Counted from the stretch's first letter, positions 13,084 through 27,000 are shown. The stretch is 64,000 nucleotides of DNA from Eledone cirrhosa (GCA_964016885.1 OZ024744.1:13392001-13456000); one strand, 5' to 3'. Notes: a model not told the origin generated them from the letters alone. Made by a program: numbers and translations.

Positions 13084-14239
13084 ACTCCCATACTATAGAC
13101 ATGTGGTTAGAATGGCTCAGTAGATCAGAAAGTCACTCCAGTTAAAGCTACACTCTAAATTGAGAGATCACAACTCCAATACTATGGACATGGTGTTAGA
13201 ACGTCTCAGTAGATCAGAGTGTCACTCCAGTTAAAGCCACTCTCTAAATTGAGGGATCACAACTCCCATACTATGGACATGTTGTTAGAATGTCTCAGTA
13301 GATCAGAGAGTCACTCCAGTTAAAGCCACTCTCTAAATTGAGAGATCACAACTCCAATACTATGGACATGGGGTTTGAAAGTCTCAGTAGATTAGAGTGT
13401 CACTCCAGTTAAAGCTTCTCTCTAAATTGAGAGATCACAACTCCAATACTATGGACATGGGGTTTGAATGTCTCAGTAGATCAGAGAGTCACTCCAGTTA
13501 AAGCTACTCTCTAAATTGAGAGATCACATCTCCCATACTATGGACATGTGGTTAGAATGTCTCAGTAGATCAGAGAGTCACTCTTGTTAAAGCTACTCTC
13601 TAAATTGAGAGATCACAACTCCCATACTATGGACATGTTGTTTAAATGTCTCAGTAGATCAGAGAGTCACTCCAGTTAAAGCTTCTCTCTAAATTGAGAG
13701 ATCACAACTCCAATACTATGGACATGGGGTTTGAATGTCTCACTAGATCAGAGAGTCACTCCAGTTAAAGCTACTCTCTAAATTGAGAGATCACAACTCC
13801 AATACTATGGACATGTGGTTAGAATGTCTCAGTAGATCAGAGAATCACTCCAGTTAAAGCTACTCTCTAAATTGAGAGATCACATCTCCCATACTATGGA
13901 CATGTGGTTAGAATGTCTCAGTAGAACAGAGAGTCTCTCTTGTTAAAGCTACTCTCTAAATTGAGAGATCACAACTCCATACTATGGACATGTGGTTAGA
14001 ATCTCTCAGTAGATCAGTGAGTCATTCCAGTTAAAGCCACTCTCTAAATTGAGAGATCACAACTCCCATACTATGGACGTGTGGTTAGAATGTCTCAGTA
14101 GATCAGAGAATCACTCCAGTTAAAGCTACTCTCTAAATTGAGAGATCACAACTCCCATACTATGGAAAAATGGTTAGAATGTCTCAGTAGATCAGAGAGT
14201 CACTCCAGTTAAAGCCACTCTCTAAATTGAGAGATCACA
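13084..14239 (+). repeat. Example run of the loose HOR: ordered monomer types A-B-C-D-(E/F)-G-H-I-J-K-L-M-N
   Basis: Diagnostic motifs: A AAAGTCA..GCTACAC; B GGGGTTAG..GAGTGT..GAGGGA; C TGTTGTTAG; D TTTGAAAGT..GATTAGAGTGT; E GTCGCTCAAG; F GAGTGT..CACATCT; G TCACTCTTG; H TTGTTTAAAT..GCTGC; I CTCACTAG; J GAGAATC..CACATCT; K GAACAGAGAGTCTCTCTTG followed by a 1-bp deletion; L AATCTCT..TCATTCC; M GGACGTG..GAGAATC; N GGAAATG. The same order recurs at about 1335-2490, 2491-3290, 17352-18500, 59770-60570 and 61910-62890. Confidence 0.85.
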
Positions 14240-17200
14240 ACTCCAATACTATGGACATGGGGTTTGAATGTCTCACTAGATCAGAGAATCACTCCAGTTA
14301 AAGCTACTCTCTAAATTGAGAGATCACAACTCCAATACTATGGAAATGTGGTTAGAATGTCTCAGTAGATCAGAGAATCGCTCCAGTTAAAGCTACTCTC
14401 TAAATTGAGAGATCACATCTCCCATACTATGGACATGTGGTTAGAATGTCTCAGTAGAACAGAGAGTCTCTCGTGTTAAAGCTACTCTCTAAATTGAGAG
14501 ATCACAACTCCCAAACTATGGAAATGTTGTTAGAATGTGTCAGTAGATCAGAGATTCACTCCAGTTAAAGCCACTCTCTAAATTGAGAGATCACAACTCC
14601 CATACTATGGACATGTGGTTAGAATGGCTCAGTAGATCAGAAAGTCACTCCAGTTAAAGCTACACTCTAAATTGAGAGATCACAACTCCAATACTATGGA
14701 CATGGGTTTAGAATGTCTCATTAGATCAGAGTGTCACTCCAGTTAAAGCCACTCTCTAAATTGAGGGATCACAACTCCCATACTATGGACATGTTGTTAG
14801 AATGTCTCAGTAGATCAGAGAGTCACTCCAGTTAAAGCTACTCTCTAAATTGAGAGATCACAACTCCAATACTATGGACACAGGGTTTGAAAGTCGCAGT
14901 AGATTAGAGTGTCACTCCAGTTAAAGCTACTCTCTAAATTGAGAGATCACAACTCCAATACTATGGACATGGGGTTTGAATGTCTCAGTAGATCAGAGAG
15001 TCGCTCAAGTTAAAGCCACTCTCTAAATTGAGAGATCACAACTCCAATACTATGGATATGTGGTAAGAATGTCTCAGTAGATCAGAGTGTCACTCCAGTT
15101 AAATCTACTCTCTAAATTGAGAGATCACATCTCCCATACTATGGACATATGGTTAGAAAGTCTCAGTAGATCAGAGAGTCACTCCAGTTAAAGCTACTCT
15201 CTAAAGTGAGAGATCACAACTCCAATACTATGGACATGTGGTTAGAATGTCTTAGTAGATCAGAGAATCACTCCAGTTAAAGCTACTCGCTAAATTGAGA
15301 GATCACAACTCCATACTATGGACATGTGGTTAGAATGTCTCAGTAGATCAGAGAATCACTCCAGTTAAAGCTACTCTCTAAATTGAGAGATCACAACTCC
15401 CATACTATGGAAATGTGGTTAGAATGTCTCAGTAGATCAGAGAGTCACTCCAGTTAAAGCCACTCTCTAAATTGAGAGATCACAACTCCAATACTATGGA
15501 CATGTGGTTAGAATGTCTCAGTAGATCAGAAAGTCACTCCGGTTAAAGCTACACTCTAAATTGAGAGATCACAACTCCAATACTATGGACATGCGGTTAG
15601 AATCTCTTAGTAGATCAGAGAATCACTCCAGTTAAAGCTGCTCTCTAAATTGAGAGATCACAACTCCAATACTATGGACATGGGGTTAGAATGCCTCAGT
15701 AGATCAGAGTGTCACTCCAGTTAAAGCCACTCTCTAAATTGAGGGATCACAACTCCCATACTATGGACATGTTGTTAGAATGTCTCAGTAGATCAGAGTG
15801 TCACTCCAGTTAAAGCTACTCTCTAAATTGAGAGATCACATCTCCCATACTATGGACATGTGGTTAGAATGTCTCAGTAGAACAGAGAGTCTCTCTTGTT
15901 AAAGCTACTCTCTAAATTGAGAGATCACAACTCCATACTATGGACATGTGGTTAGAATCTCTCAGTAGATCAGAGAGTCATTCCAGTTAAAGCCACTCTC
16001 TAAATTGAGAGATCACAACTCCCATACTATGGACGTGTGGTTAGAATGTATCAGTAGATCAGAGAATCACTCCAGTTAAAGCCACTCTCTAAATTGAGAG
16101 ATCACAACTCCAATACTATGGACATGGGGTTTGAATGTCTCAGTAGATCAGAGAGTCGCTCAAGTTAAAGCCACTCTCTAAATTGAGAGATCACAACTCC
16201 CATACTATGGAAATGTGGTTAGAATGTCTCAGTAGATCAGAGATTCACTCCAGTTAAAGCCACTCTCTAAATTGAGAGATCACAACTCCCATACTATGGA
16301 CATGTGGTTAGAATGGCTCAGTAGATCAGAAAGTCACTCCAGTTAAAGCTACACTCTAAATTGAGAGATCACAACTCCAATACTATGGACATGGGGTTAG
16401 AACGTCTCAGTAGATCAGAGTGTCACTCCAGTTAAAGCCACTCTCTAAATTGAGGGATCACAACTCCCATACTATGGACATGTGGTTAGAATGGCTCAGT
16501 AGATCAGAAAGTCACTCCAGTTAAAGCTACACTCTAAATTGAGAGATCACAACTCCAATACTATGGACATGGGGTTAGAACGTCTCAGTAGATCAGAGTG
16601 TCACTCCAGTTAAAGCCACTCTCTAAATTGAGGGATCACAACACCCATACTATGGACATGTTGTTTAAATGTCTCAGTAGATCAGAGAGTCACTCCAGTT
16701 AAAGCTGCTCTCTAAATTGAGAGATCACAACTCCCATACTATGGACATGGGGTTTGAATGTCTCACTAGATCAGAGAGTCACTCCAGTTAAAGCTACTCT
16801 CTAAATTGAGAGATCACAACTCCAATACTATGGACATGTGGTTAGAATGTCTCAGTAGATCAGAGAATCACTCCAGTTAAAGCTACTCTCTAAATTGAGA
16901 GATCACATCTCCCATACTATGGACATGTGGTTAGAATGTCTCAGTAGAACAGCGAGTCTCTCTTGTTAAAGCTACTCTCTAAATTGAGAGATCACAACTC
17001 CATACTATGGACATGTGGTTAGAATCTCTCAGTAGATCAGTGAGTCATTCCAGTTAAAGCCACTGTCTAAATTGAGAGATCACAACTCCCATACTATGGA
17101 CGTGTGGTTAGAATGTCTCAGTAGATCAGAGAATCACTCCAGTTAAAGCTACTCTCTAAATTGAGAGATCACAACTCCCATACTATGGAAAAATGGTTAG

Positions 17201-18150
17201 AATGTCTCAGTAGATCAGAGAGTCACTCCAGTTAAAGCCACTCTCTAAATTGAGAGATCACAACTCCAATACTATGGACATGGGGTTTGAATGTCTCACT
17301 AGATCAGAGAATCACTCCAGTTAAAGCTACTCTCTAAATTGAGAGATCACAACTCCAATACTATGGACATGGGGTTAGAATGTCTCAGTAGATCAGAGTG
17401 TTACTCCAGTTAAAGCCACTCTCTAAATTGAGGGATCACAACTCCCATACTATGGACCTGTTGTTAGAATGTCTCAGTAGATCAGAGAGTCACTCCAGTT
17501 AAAGCCACTCTCTAAATTGAGAGATCACAACTCCAATACTATGGACATGGGGTTTGAAAGTCGCAGTAGATTAGAGTGTCACTCCAGTTAAAGCTACTCT
17601 CTAAATTGAGAGATCACAACTCCAATACTATGGACATGGGGTTTGAATGTCTCAGTAGATCAGAGAGTCGCTCAAGTTAAAGCCACTCTCTAAATTGAGA
17701 GATCACAACTCCAATACTATGGATATGTGGTAAGAATGTCTCAGTAGATCAGAGTGTCACTCCAGTTAAAGCTACTCTCTAAATTGAGAGATCACATCTC
17801 CCATACTATGGACATATGGTTAGAATGTCTCAGTAGATCAGAGAGTCACTCTTGTTAAAGCTACTCTCTAAATTGAGAGCTCACAACTCCCATACTATGG
17901 ACAAGTTGTTTAAATGTCTCAGTAGATCAGAGAGTCACTCCAGTTAAAGCTGCTCTCTAAATTGAGAGATCACAACTCCCATACTATGGACATGGGGTTT
18001 GAATGTCTCACTAGATCAGAGAGTCACTCCAGTTAAAGCTACTCTCTAAATTGAGAGATCACAACTCCAATACTATGGACATGTGGTTAGAATGTCTCAG
18101 TAGATCAGAGAATCACTCCAGTTTAAGCTACTGGCTAAATTGAGAGATCA
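13620..18150 (+). repeat. Related blocks at about 13.6-15.3 kb and 16.65-18.1 kb (older duplication with internal rearrangement)
   Basis: CAGTGAGTCA at 14018/17041 (offset 3023 = 34x89-3). GGAAAAATGG, GTCGCAGT and GGATATGTGGTAAG are also shared in the same order. Confidence 0.7.
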
Positions 18151-19500
18151 AAACTCCATACTATGGACATGTGGTTAGAATCTCTCAGTAGATCAGAGAC
18201 TCATTCCAGTTAAAGCCACTCTCTAAATTGAGAGATCACAGCTCCCATACTATGGACGTGTGGTTAGAATGTCTCAGTAGATCAGAGAATCACTCCAGTT
18301 AAAGCTACTCTCTAAATTGAGAGATCACAACTCCCATACTATGGAAATGTGGTTAGAATGTCTCAGTAGATCAGAGAGTCACTCCAGTTAAAGCCACTCT
18401 CTAAATTGAGAGATCACAACTCCAATACTATGGACATGTGGTTAGAATGTCTCAGTAGATCAGAAAGTCACTCCAGTTGAAGCTACACTCTAAATTGAGA
18501 GATCACAACTCCTATACTATGGACATGGGGTTAAAATGTCTCAGTAGATCAGAAAGTCACTCCAGTTAAAGCTACTCACTAAATTGAGAGATCACAACTC
18601 CAATACTATGGACATGGGGTTAGAATGTCTCAGTAGATCAGAGTGTCACTCCAGTTAAAGCTACTCTCTAAATTGAGAGATCACATCTCCCATACTATGG
18701 ACATATGGTTAGAATGTCTCAGTAGATCAGAGAGTCACTCTTGTTAAAGCTACTCTCTAAATTGAGAGCTCACAACTCCCATACTATGGACAAGTTGTTT
18801 AAATGTCTCAGTAGATCAGAGAGTCACTCCAGTTAAAGCTGCTCTCTAAATTGAGAGATCACAACTCCCATACTATGGACATGGGGTTTGAATGTCTCAC
18901 TAGATCAGAGAGTCACTCCAGTTAAAGCTACTCTCTAAATTGAGAGATCACAACTCCAATACTATGGACATGTGGTTAGAATGTCTCAGTAGATCAGAGA
19001 ATCACTCCAGTTAAAGCTACTCGCTAAATTGAGAGATCAAAACTCCATACTATGGACATGTGGTTAGAATCTCTCAGTAGATCAGAGAGTCATTCCAGTT
19101 AAAGCCACTCTCTAAATTGAGAGATCACAGCTCCCATACTATGGACGTGTGGTTAGAATGTCTCAGTAGATCAGAGAATCACTCCAGTTAAAGCTACTCT
19201 CTAAATTGAGAGATCACAACTCCCATACTATGGAAATGTGGTTAGAATGTCTCAGTAGATCAGAGAGTCACTCCAGTTAAAGCCACTCTCTAAATTGAGA
19301 GATCACAACTCCAATACTATGGACATGTGGTTAGAATGTCTCAGTAGATCAGAAAGTCACTCCAGTTAAAGCTACACTCTAAATTGAGAGATCACAACTC
19401 CTATACTATGGACATGGGGTTAAAATGTCTCGGTAGATCAGAAAGTCACTCCAGTTAAAGCTACTCACTAAATTGAGAGATCACAACTCCAATACTATGG
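17730..19500 (+). repeat. Tandem duplication of 10 monomers (889 bp)
   Basis: GAGAGCTC at 17880/18769 (offset 889 = 10x89-1). GACAAGTTG, GATCAAAACT, CACAGCTC and ACTCACTAA are paired at a matching spacing. Confidence 0.85.
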
Positions 19501-22500
19501 ACATGGGGTTAGAATGCCTCAGTAGATCAGAGTGTCACTCCAGTTAAAGCCACTCTCTAAATTGAGGGATCACAACTCCCATACTATGGACATGTTGTTA
19601 GAATGTCTCAGTAGATCAGAGTGTCACTCCAGTTAAAGCTACTCTCTAAATTGAGAGATCACATCTCCCATACTATGGACATGTGGTTAGAATGTCTCAG
19701 TAGATCAGAAAGTCACTCCAGTTAAAGCTACACTCTAAATTGAGAGATCACAACTCCTATACTATGGACATGGGTTTAGAATGTCTCAGTAGATCAGAAA
19801 GTCACTCCAGTTAAAGCTACTCTCTAAATTGAGAGATCACAACTCCAATACTATGGACATGGGGTTAGAATGCCTCAGTAGATCAGAGTGTCACTCCAGT
19901 TAAAGCCACTCTCTAAATTGAGGGATCACAACTCCCATACTATGGACATGTTGTTAGAATTTCTCAGTAGATCAGAGTCACTCCAGTTAAAGCCACTCTC
20001 TAAATTGAGAGATCACAACTCCAATACTATGGACATGTGGTTAGAATGTCTCAGTAGATTAGAGTGTCATTCCAGTTAAAGCTACTCTCTAAATTGAGAG
20101 ATCACAACTTCCATACTATGGACATGTGAGTAGAATGTCTCAGTAGATCAGAGAGTCACTCCAGTTAAAGCCACTAATTCTCTAAATTGAGAGATCACAA
20201 CTCCCATACTATGGACACGTTGTTTAAATGTCTCAGTAGATCAGAGAGTCACTCCAGTTAAAGCTGCTCTCTAAATTGAGAGATCACAACTCCCATACTA
20301 TGGACATGGGGTTTGAATGTCTCACTAGATCAGAGAGTCACTCCAGTTAAAGCTACTCTCTAAATTGAGAGATCACAACTCCAATACTATGGACATGTGG
20401 TTAGAATGTCTCAGTAGATCAGAGAATCACTCCAGTTAAAGCTACTCTCTAAATTGAGAGATCACATCTCCCATACTATGGACATGTGGTTAGAATGTCT
20501 CAGTAGAACAGAGAGTCTCTCTTGTTAAAGCTACTCTCTAAATTGAGAGATCACAACTCCATACTATGGACATGTGGTTAGAATCTCTCAGTAGATCAGA
20601 GAGTCATTCCAGTTAAAGCCACTCTCTAAATTGAGAGATCACAACTCCCATACTATGGACGTGTGGTTAGAATGTATCAGTAGATCAGAGAATCACTCTA
20701 GTTAAAGCTACTCTCTAAATTGAGAGATCACAACTCCCATACTATAGACATGTGGTTAGAATGTCTCAGTAGATCAGAGAGTCACTCCAGTTAAAGCCAC
20801 TCTCTAAATTGAGAGATCACAACTCCAATACTATGGACATGGGGTTTGAAAGTCGCAGTAGATTAGAGTGTCACTCCAGTTAAAGCTACTCTCTAAATTG
20901 AGAGATCACAACTCCAATACTATGGACATGGGGTTTGAATGTCTCAGTAGATCAGAGAGTCGCTCAAGTTAAAGCCACTCTCTAAATTGAGAAATCACAA
21001 CTCCAATACTATGGATATGTGGTAAGAATGTCTCAGTAGATCAGAGTGTCACTCCAGTTAAAGCTACTCTCTAAATTGAGAGATCACATCTCCCATACTA
21101 TGGACATATGGTTAGAATGTCTCAGTAGATCAGAGAGTCACTCTTGTTAAAGCTACTCTCTAAATTGAGAGCTCACAACTCCCATACTATGGACATGTTG
21201 TTTAAATGTCTCAGTAGATCAGAGAGTCACTCCAGTTAAAGCTACTCTCTAAATTGAGAGATCACAACTCCCATACTATGGACATGTGGTTAGAATCTCT
21301 CAGTAGATCAGAGAGTCATTCCAGTTAAAGCCACTCTCTAAATTGAGAGATCACAGCTCCCATACTATGGACGTGTGGTTAGAATGTCTCAGTAGATCAG
21401 AGAATCACTCCAGTTAAAGCTACTCTCTAAATTGAGAGATCACAACTCCCATACTATGGAAATGTGGTTAGAATGTCTCAGTAGATCAGAGAGTCACTCC
21501 AGTTAAAGCCACTCTCTAAATTGAGAGATCACATCTCCAATACTATGGACATGTGGTTAGAATGTCTCAGTAGATCAGAAAGTCACTCCAGTTGAAGCTA
21601 CACTCTAAATTGAGAGATCACAACTCCTATACTATGGACATGGGGTTAAAATGTCTCAGTAGATCAGAAAGTCACTCCAGTTAAAGCTACTCACTAAATT
21701 GAGAGATCACAACTCCAATACTATGGACATGGGGTTAGAATGTCTCAGTAGATCAGAGTGTTACTCCAGTTAAAGCTACTCTCTAAATTGAGAGATCACA
21801 TCTCCCATACTATGGACATATGGTTAGAATGTCTCAGTAGATCAGAGAGTCACTCTTGTTAAAGCTACTCTCTAAATTGAGAGCTCACAACTCCCATACT
21901 ATGGACAAGTTGTTTAAATGTCTCAGTAGATCAGAGAGTCACTCCAGTTAAAGCTGCTCTCTAAATTGAGAGATCACAACTCCCATACTATGGACATGGG
22001 GTTTGAATGTCTCACTAGATCAGAGAGTCACTCCAGTTAAAGCTACTCTCTAAATTGAGAGATCACAACTCCAATACTATGGACATGTGGTTAGAATGTC
22101 TCAGTAGATCAGAGAATCACTCCAGTTAAAGCTACTCGCTAAATTGAGAGATCAAAACTCCATACTATGGACATGTGGTTAGAATCTCTCAGTAGATCAG
22201 AGAGTCATTCCAGTTAAAGCCACTCTCTGAATTGAGAGATCACAGCTCCCATACTATGGACGTGTGGTTAGAATCTCTCAGTAGATCAGAGAATCACTCC
22301 AGTTAAAGCTACTCTCTAAATTGAGAGATCACGACTCCCATACTATGGAAATGTGGTTAGAATGTCTCAGTAGATCAGAGAGTCACTCCAGTTAAAGCCA
22401 CTCTCTAAATTGAGAGATCACAACTCCAATACTATGGACATGTGGTTAGAATGTCTCAGTAGATCAGAAAGTCACTCCAGTTAAAGCTACACTCTAAATT

Positions 22501-24010
22501 GAGAGATCACAACTCCTATACTATGGACATGGGGTTAAAATGTCTCGGTAGATCAGAAAGTCACTCCAGTTAAAGCTACTCACTAAATTGAGAGATCACA
22601 ACTCCAATACTATGGACATGGGGTTAGAATGCCTCAGTAGATCAGAGTGTCACTCCAGTTAAAGCCACTCTCTAAATTGAGGGATCACAACTCCCATACT
22701 ATGGACATGTTGTTAGAATGTCTCAGTAGATCAGAGTGTCACTCCAGTTAAAGCTACTCTCTAAATTGAGAGATCACATCTCCCATACTATGGACATGTG
22801 GTTAGAATGTCTCAGTAGATCAGAAAGTCACTCCAGTTAAAGCTACACTCTAAATTGAGAGATCACAACTCCTATACTATGGACATGGGGTTAGAATGCC
22901 TCAGTAGATCAGAGAGTGACTCTTGTTCACGCTACTCTCTAAATTGAGAGATCACAACTCCCATACTATGGACACGTTGTTTAAATGTCTCAGTAGATCA
23001 GAGAGTCACTCCAGTTAAAGCTGCTCTCTAAATTGAGAGATCACAACTCCCATACTATGGACATGGGGTTTGAATGTCTCACTAGATCAGAGAGTCACTC
23101 CAGTTAAAGCTACTCTCTAAATTGAGAGATCACAACTCCAATACTATGGACATGTGGTTAGAATGTCTCAGTAGATCAGAGAATCACTCCAGTTAAAGCT
23201 ACTCTCTAAATTGAGAGATCACATCTCCCATACTATGGACATGTGGTTAGAATGTCTCAGTAGAACAGAGAGTCTCTCTTGTTAAAGCTACTCTCTAAAT
23301 TGAGAGATCACAACTCCATACTATGGACATGTGGTTAGAATCTCTCATCAGATCAGAGAGTCATTCCAGTTAAAGCCACTCTCTAAATTGAGAGATCACA
23401 ACTCCCATACTATGGACGTGTGGTTAGAATGTATCAGTAGATCAGAGAATCACTCTAGTTAAAGCTACTCTCTAAATTGAGAGATCACAACTCCCATACT
23501 ATAGACATGTGGTTAGAATGTCTCAGTAGATCAGAGAGTCACTCCAGTTAAAGCCACTCTCTAAATTGAGAGATCACAACTCCAATACTATGGACATGGG
23601 GTTTGAAAGTCGCAGTAGATTAGAGTGTCACTCCAGTTAAAGCTACTCTCTAAATTGAGAGATCACAACTCCAATACTATGGACATGGGGTTTGAATGTC
23701 TCAGTAGATCAGAGAGTCGCTCAAGTTAAAGCCACTCTCTAAATTGAGAAATCACAACTCCAATACTATGGATATGTGGTAAGAATGTCTCAGTAGATCA
23801 GAGTGTCACTCCAGTTAAAGCTACTCTCTAAATTGAGAGATCACATCTCCCATACTATGGACATATGGTTAGAATGTCTCAGTAGATCAGAGAGTCAATC
23901 TTGTTAAAGCTACTCTCTAAATTGAGAGCTCACAACTCCCATACTATGGACATGTTGTTTAAATGTCTCAGTAGATCAGAGAGTCACTCCAGTTAAAGCT
24001 ACTCTCTAAA
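18160..24010 (+). repeat. Tandem duplication of 35 monomers; the second copy lacks a 4-monomer segment
   Basis: GTTGAAG at 18479/21594 and CTCGGTAG at 19431/22546 (offset 3115 = 35x89). GAAATCAC at 20991/23748 (offset 2757 = 3115-358). Confidence 0.85.
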
Positions 24011-27000
24011 TTGAGAGATCACAACTCCCATACTATGGACATGGGGTTTGAATGTCTCACTAGATCAGAGAGTCACTCCAGTTAAAGCTACTCTCTAAAT
24101 TGAGAGATCACAACTCCAATACTATGGACATGTGGTTAGAATGTCTCAGTAGATCAGAGAATCACTCCAGTTAAAGCTACTCGCTAAATTGAGAGATCAC
24201 ATCTCCATACTATGGACATGTGGTTAGAATCTCTCAGTAGATCAGAGAGTCATTCCAGTTAAAGCCACTCTCTAAATTGAGAGATCACAACTCCCATACT
24301 ATGGACGTGTGGTTAGAATGTCTCAGTAGATCAGAGAATCACTCCAGTTAAAGCTACTCTCTAAATTGAGAGATCACAACTCGCATACTATGGAAATGTG
24401 GTTAGAATGTCTCAGTAGATCAGAGAGTCACTCCAGTTAAAGCCACTCTCTAAATTGAGAGATCACAACTCCAATACTATGGACATGTGGTTAGAATGTC
24501 TCAGTAGATCAGAAAGTCACTCCTGTTAAAGCTACACTCTAAATTGAGAGATCACAACTCCTATACTATGGACATGGGGTTAAAATGTCTCAGTAGATCA
24601 GAAAGTCACTCCAGTTAAAGCTACTCTCTAAATTGAGAGATCACAACTCCAATACTATGGACATGTGGTTAGAATGTCTCAGTAGATCAGAGTGTCACTC
24701 CAGTTAAAGCTACTCTCTAAATTGAGAGATCACATCTCCCATACTATGGACATGTGGTTAGAATGTCTCAGTAGAACAGAGAGTCTCTCTTGTTAAAGCT
24801 ACTCTCTAAATTGAGAGATCACAACTCCATACTATGGACATGTGGTTAGAATCTCTCAGTAGATCAGAGAGTCATTCCAGTTAAAGCCACTCTCTAAATT
24901 GAGAGATCACAACTCCCATACTATGGAAATGTGGTTAGAATGTCTCAGTAGATCAGAGAGTCACTCCAGTTAAAGCCACTCTCTAAATTGAGAGATCACA
25001 ACTCCAATACTATGGACATGTGGTTAGAATGTCTCAGTAGATCAGAAAGTCACTCCAGTTAAAGCTACACTCTAAATTGAGAGCTCACAACTCCTATACT
25101 ATGAACATGGGGTTAGAATGTCTCAGTAGATCATAGTGTCACTCCAGTTAAAGCCACTCTCTAAATTGAGGGATCACAACTCCCATACTATGGACATGTT
25201 GTTAGAATGTCTCAGTAGATCAGAGAGTCACTCCAGTTAAAGACACTCTCTAAATTGAGAGATCACAACTCCAATACTATGGACATGTGGTTAGAATGTC
25301 TCAGTAGATCAGAAAGTCACTCCAGTTAAAGCTACACTCTAAATTGAGAGATCACAACTCCTATAATATGGACATGGGGTTAAAATGTCTCAGTAGATCA
25401 GAAAGTCACTCCAGTTAAAGCCACTCTCTAAATTGAGGGATCACAACTCCCATACTATGGACATGTTGTTAGAATTTCTCAGTAGATCAGAGAGTCACTC
25501 CAGTTAAAGCCACTCTCTAAATTGAGAGATCACAACTCCAATACTATTGACATGTGGTTAGAATGTCTCAGTAGAACAGAGAGTCTCTCTTGTTAAAGCT
25601 ACTCTCTAAATTGAGAGATCACAACTCCATACTATGGACATGTGGTTAGAATCTCTCAGTAGATCAGAGAGTCATTCCAGTTAAAGCCACTCTCTAAATT
25701 GAGAGATCACAACTCCCATACTATGGACGTGTGGTTAGAATGTATCAGTAGATCAGAGAATCACTCTAGTTAAAGTTACTCTCTAAATTGAGAGAACACA
25801 ACTCCCATACTATAGACACGTGGTTAGAATGTCTCAGTAGATCAGAGAGTCACTCCAGTTAAAGCTACTCTCTAAATTGAGAGATCACAACTCCCATACT
25901 ATGGACATGTGGTTTGAAAGTCTCAGTAGATTAGAGTGTCACTCCAGTTAAAGTTATTCTCTAAATTGAGAGATCACAACTCCAATACTATGAACATGGG
26001 GTTTGAATGTCTCAGTAGATCAGAGAGTCGCTCAAGTTAAAGCCACTCTCTAAATTGAGAGATCACAACTCCAATACTATGGACATGTGGTTAGAATGTC
26101 TCAGTAGATCAGAGTGTCACTCCTGTTAAAGCTACTCTCTAAATTGAGAGATCACATCTCCCATACTATGGACATGTGGTAAGAATGTCTCAGTAGATCA
26201 GAGAGTCACTCTTGTTAAAGCTACTCTCTAAATTGAGAGATCACAACTCCCATACTATGGACATGTTGTTTAAATGTCTCAGTAGATCAGAGAGTCACTC
26301 CAGTTAAAGCTACTCTCTAAATTGAGAGATCACAACTCCCATACTATGGACATGTGGTTAGAATGTCTCAGTAGATCAGAGAGTCACTCCAGTTAAAGCC
26401 ACTCTCTAAATTGAAAGATCATAACTCCAATACTATGGACATGGGGTTTGAAAGTCTCAGTAGATTAGAGTGTCACTACAGTTAAGGCAACTCTCTAAAT
26501 TGAGAGATCACAACTCCAATACTATGGACATGTGGTTAGAATGTCTCAGTAGATCAGAGTGTCACTCCAGTTAAAGCCACTCTCTAAATTGAGAGATCAC
26601 AACTTCCATACTATGGACATGTGGTTAGAATGTCTCAGTAGATCAGAGAGTCACTCCAGTTAAAGCTACTCTCTAAATTGAGAGATCACAACTCCCATAC
26701 TATGGACATGGGGTTTGAATGTCTCAGTAGATAAGAGAGTCACTCCAGTTAAAGCCACTCTCTAAATTGAGAGATCACAACTCCAAAACTATGGTCATGT
26801 GGTTAGAATGTCTCAGTAGATCAGAGAGTCACTCCAGTTAAAGCCACTCTCTAAATTCAGAGATCACAACTCCAACACTATGGACATGGGCTTTGAATGT
26901 CTCAGTAGATCAGAGTGTCACTCTAGTTAAAGTTACTCTCTAAATTGAGTGATCACAACTCCCATACTATGGACGTGTGGTTAGAATGTCTCAGTAGATC

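Noticed and set aside
14018-14024. Perfect AP-1/GCN4 site TGAGTCA (also at 17041)
   Set aside because: It results from one substitution in AGAGTCA copied by duplication, and there is no nearby gene or supporting context.
19888-20079. 63-aa ORF with an internal repeat (MSLQLKPLSKLRDHNSHTMD...)
   Set aside because: It is satellite sequence read through by chance. A 2-bp deletion at about 19975 makes one monomer 87 bp, which bypasses the usual TAA once. It has a GTG start, no unique flanking sequence, and is absent from the duplicate block.
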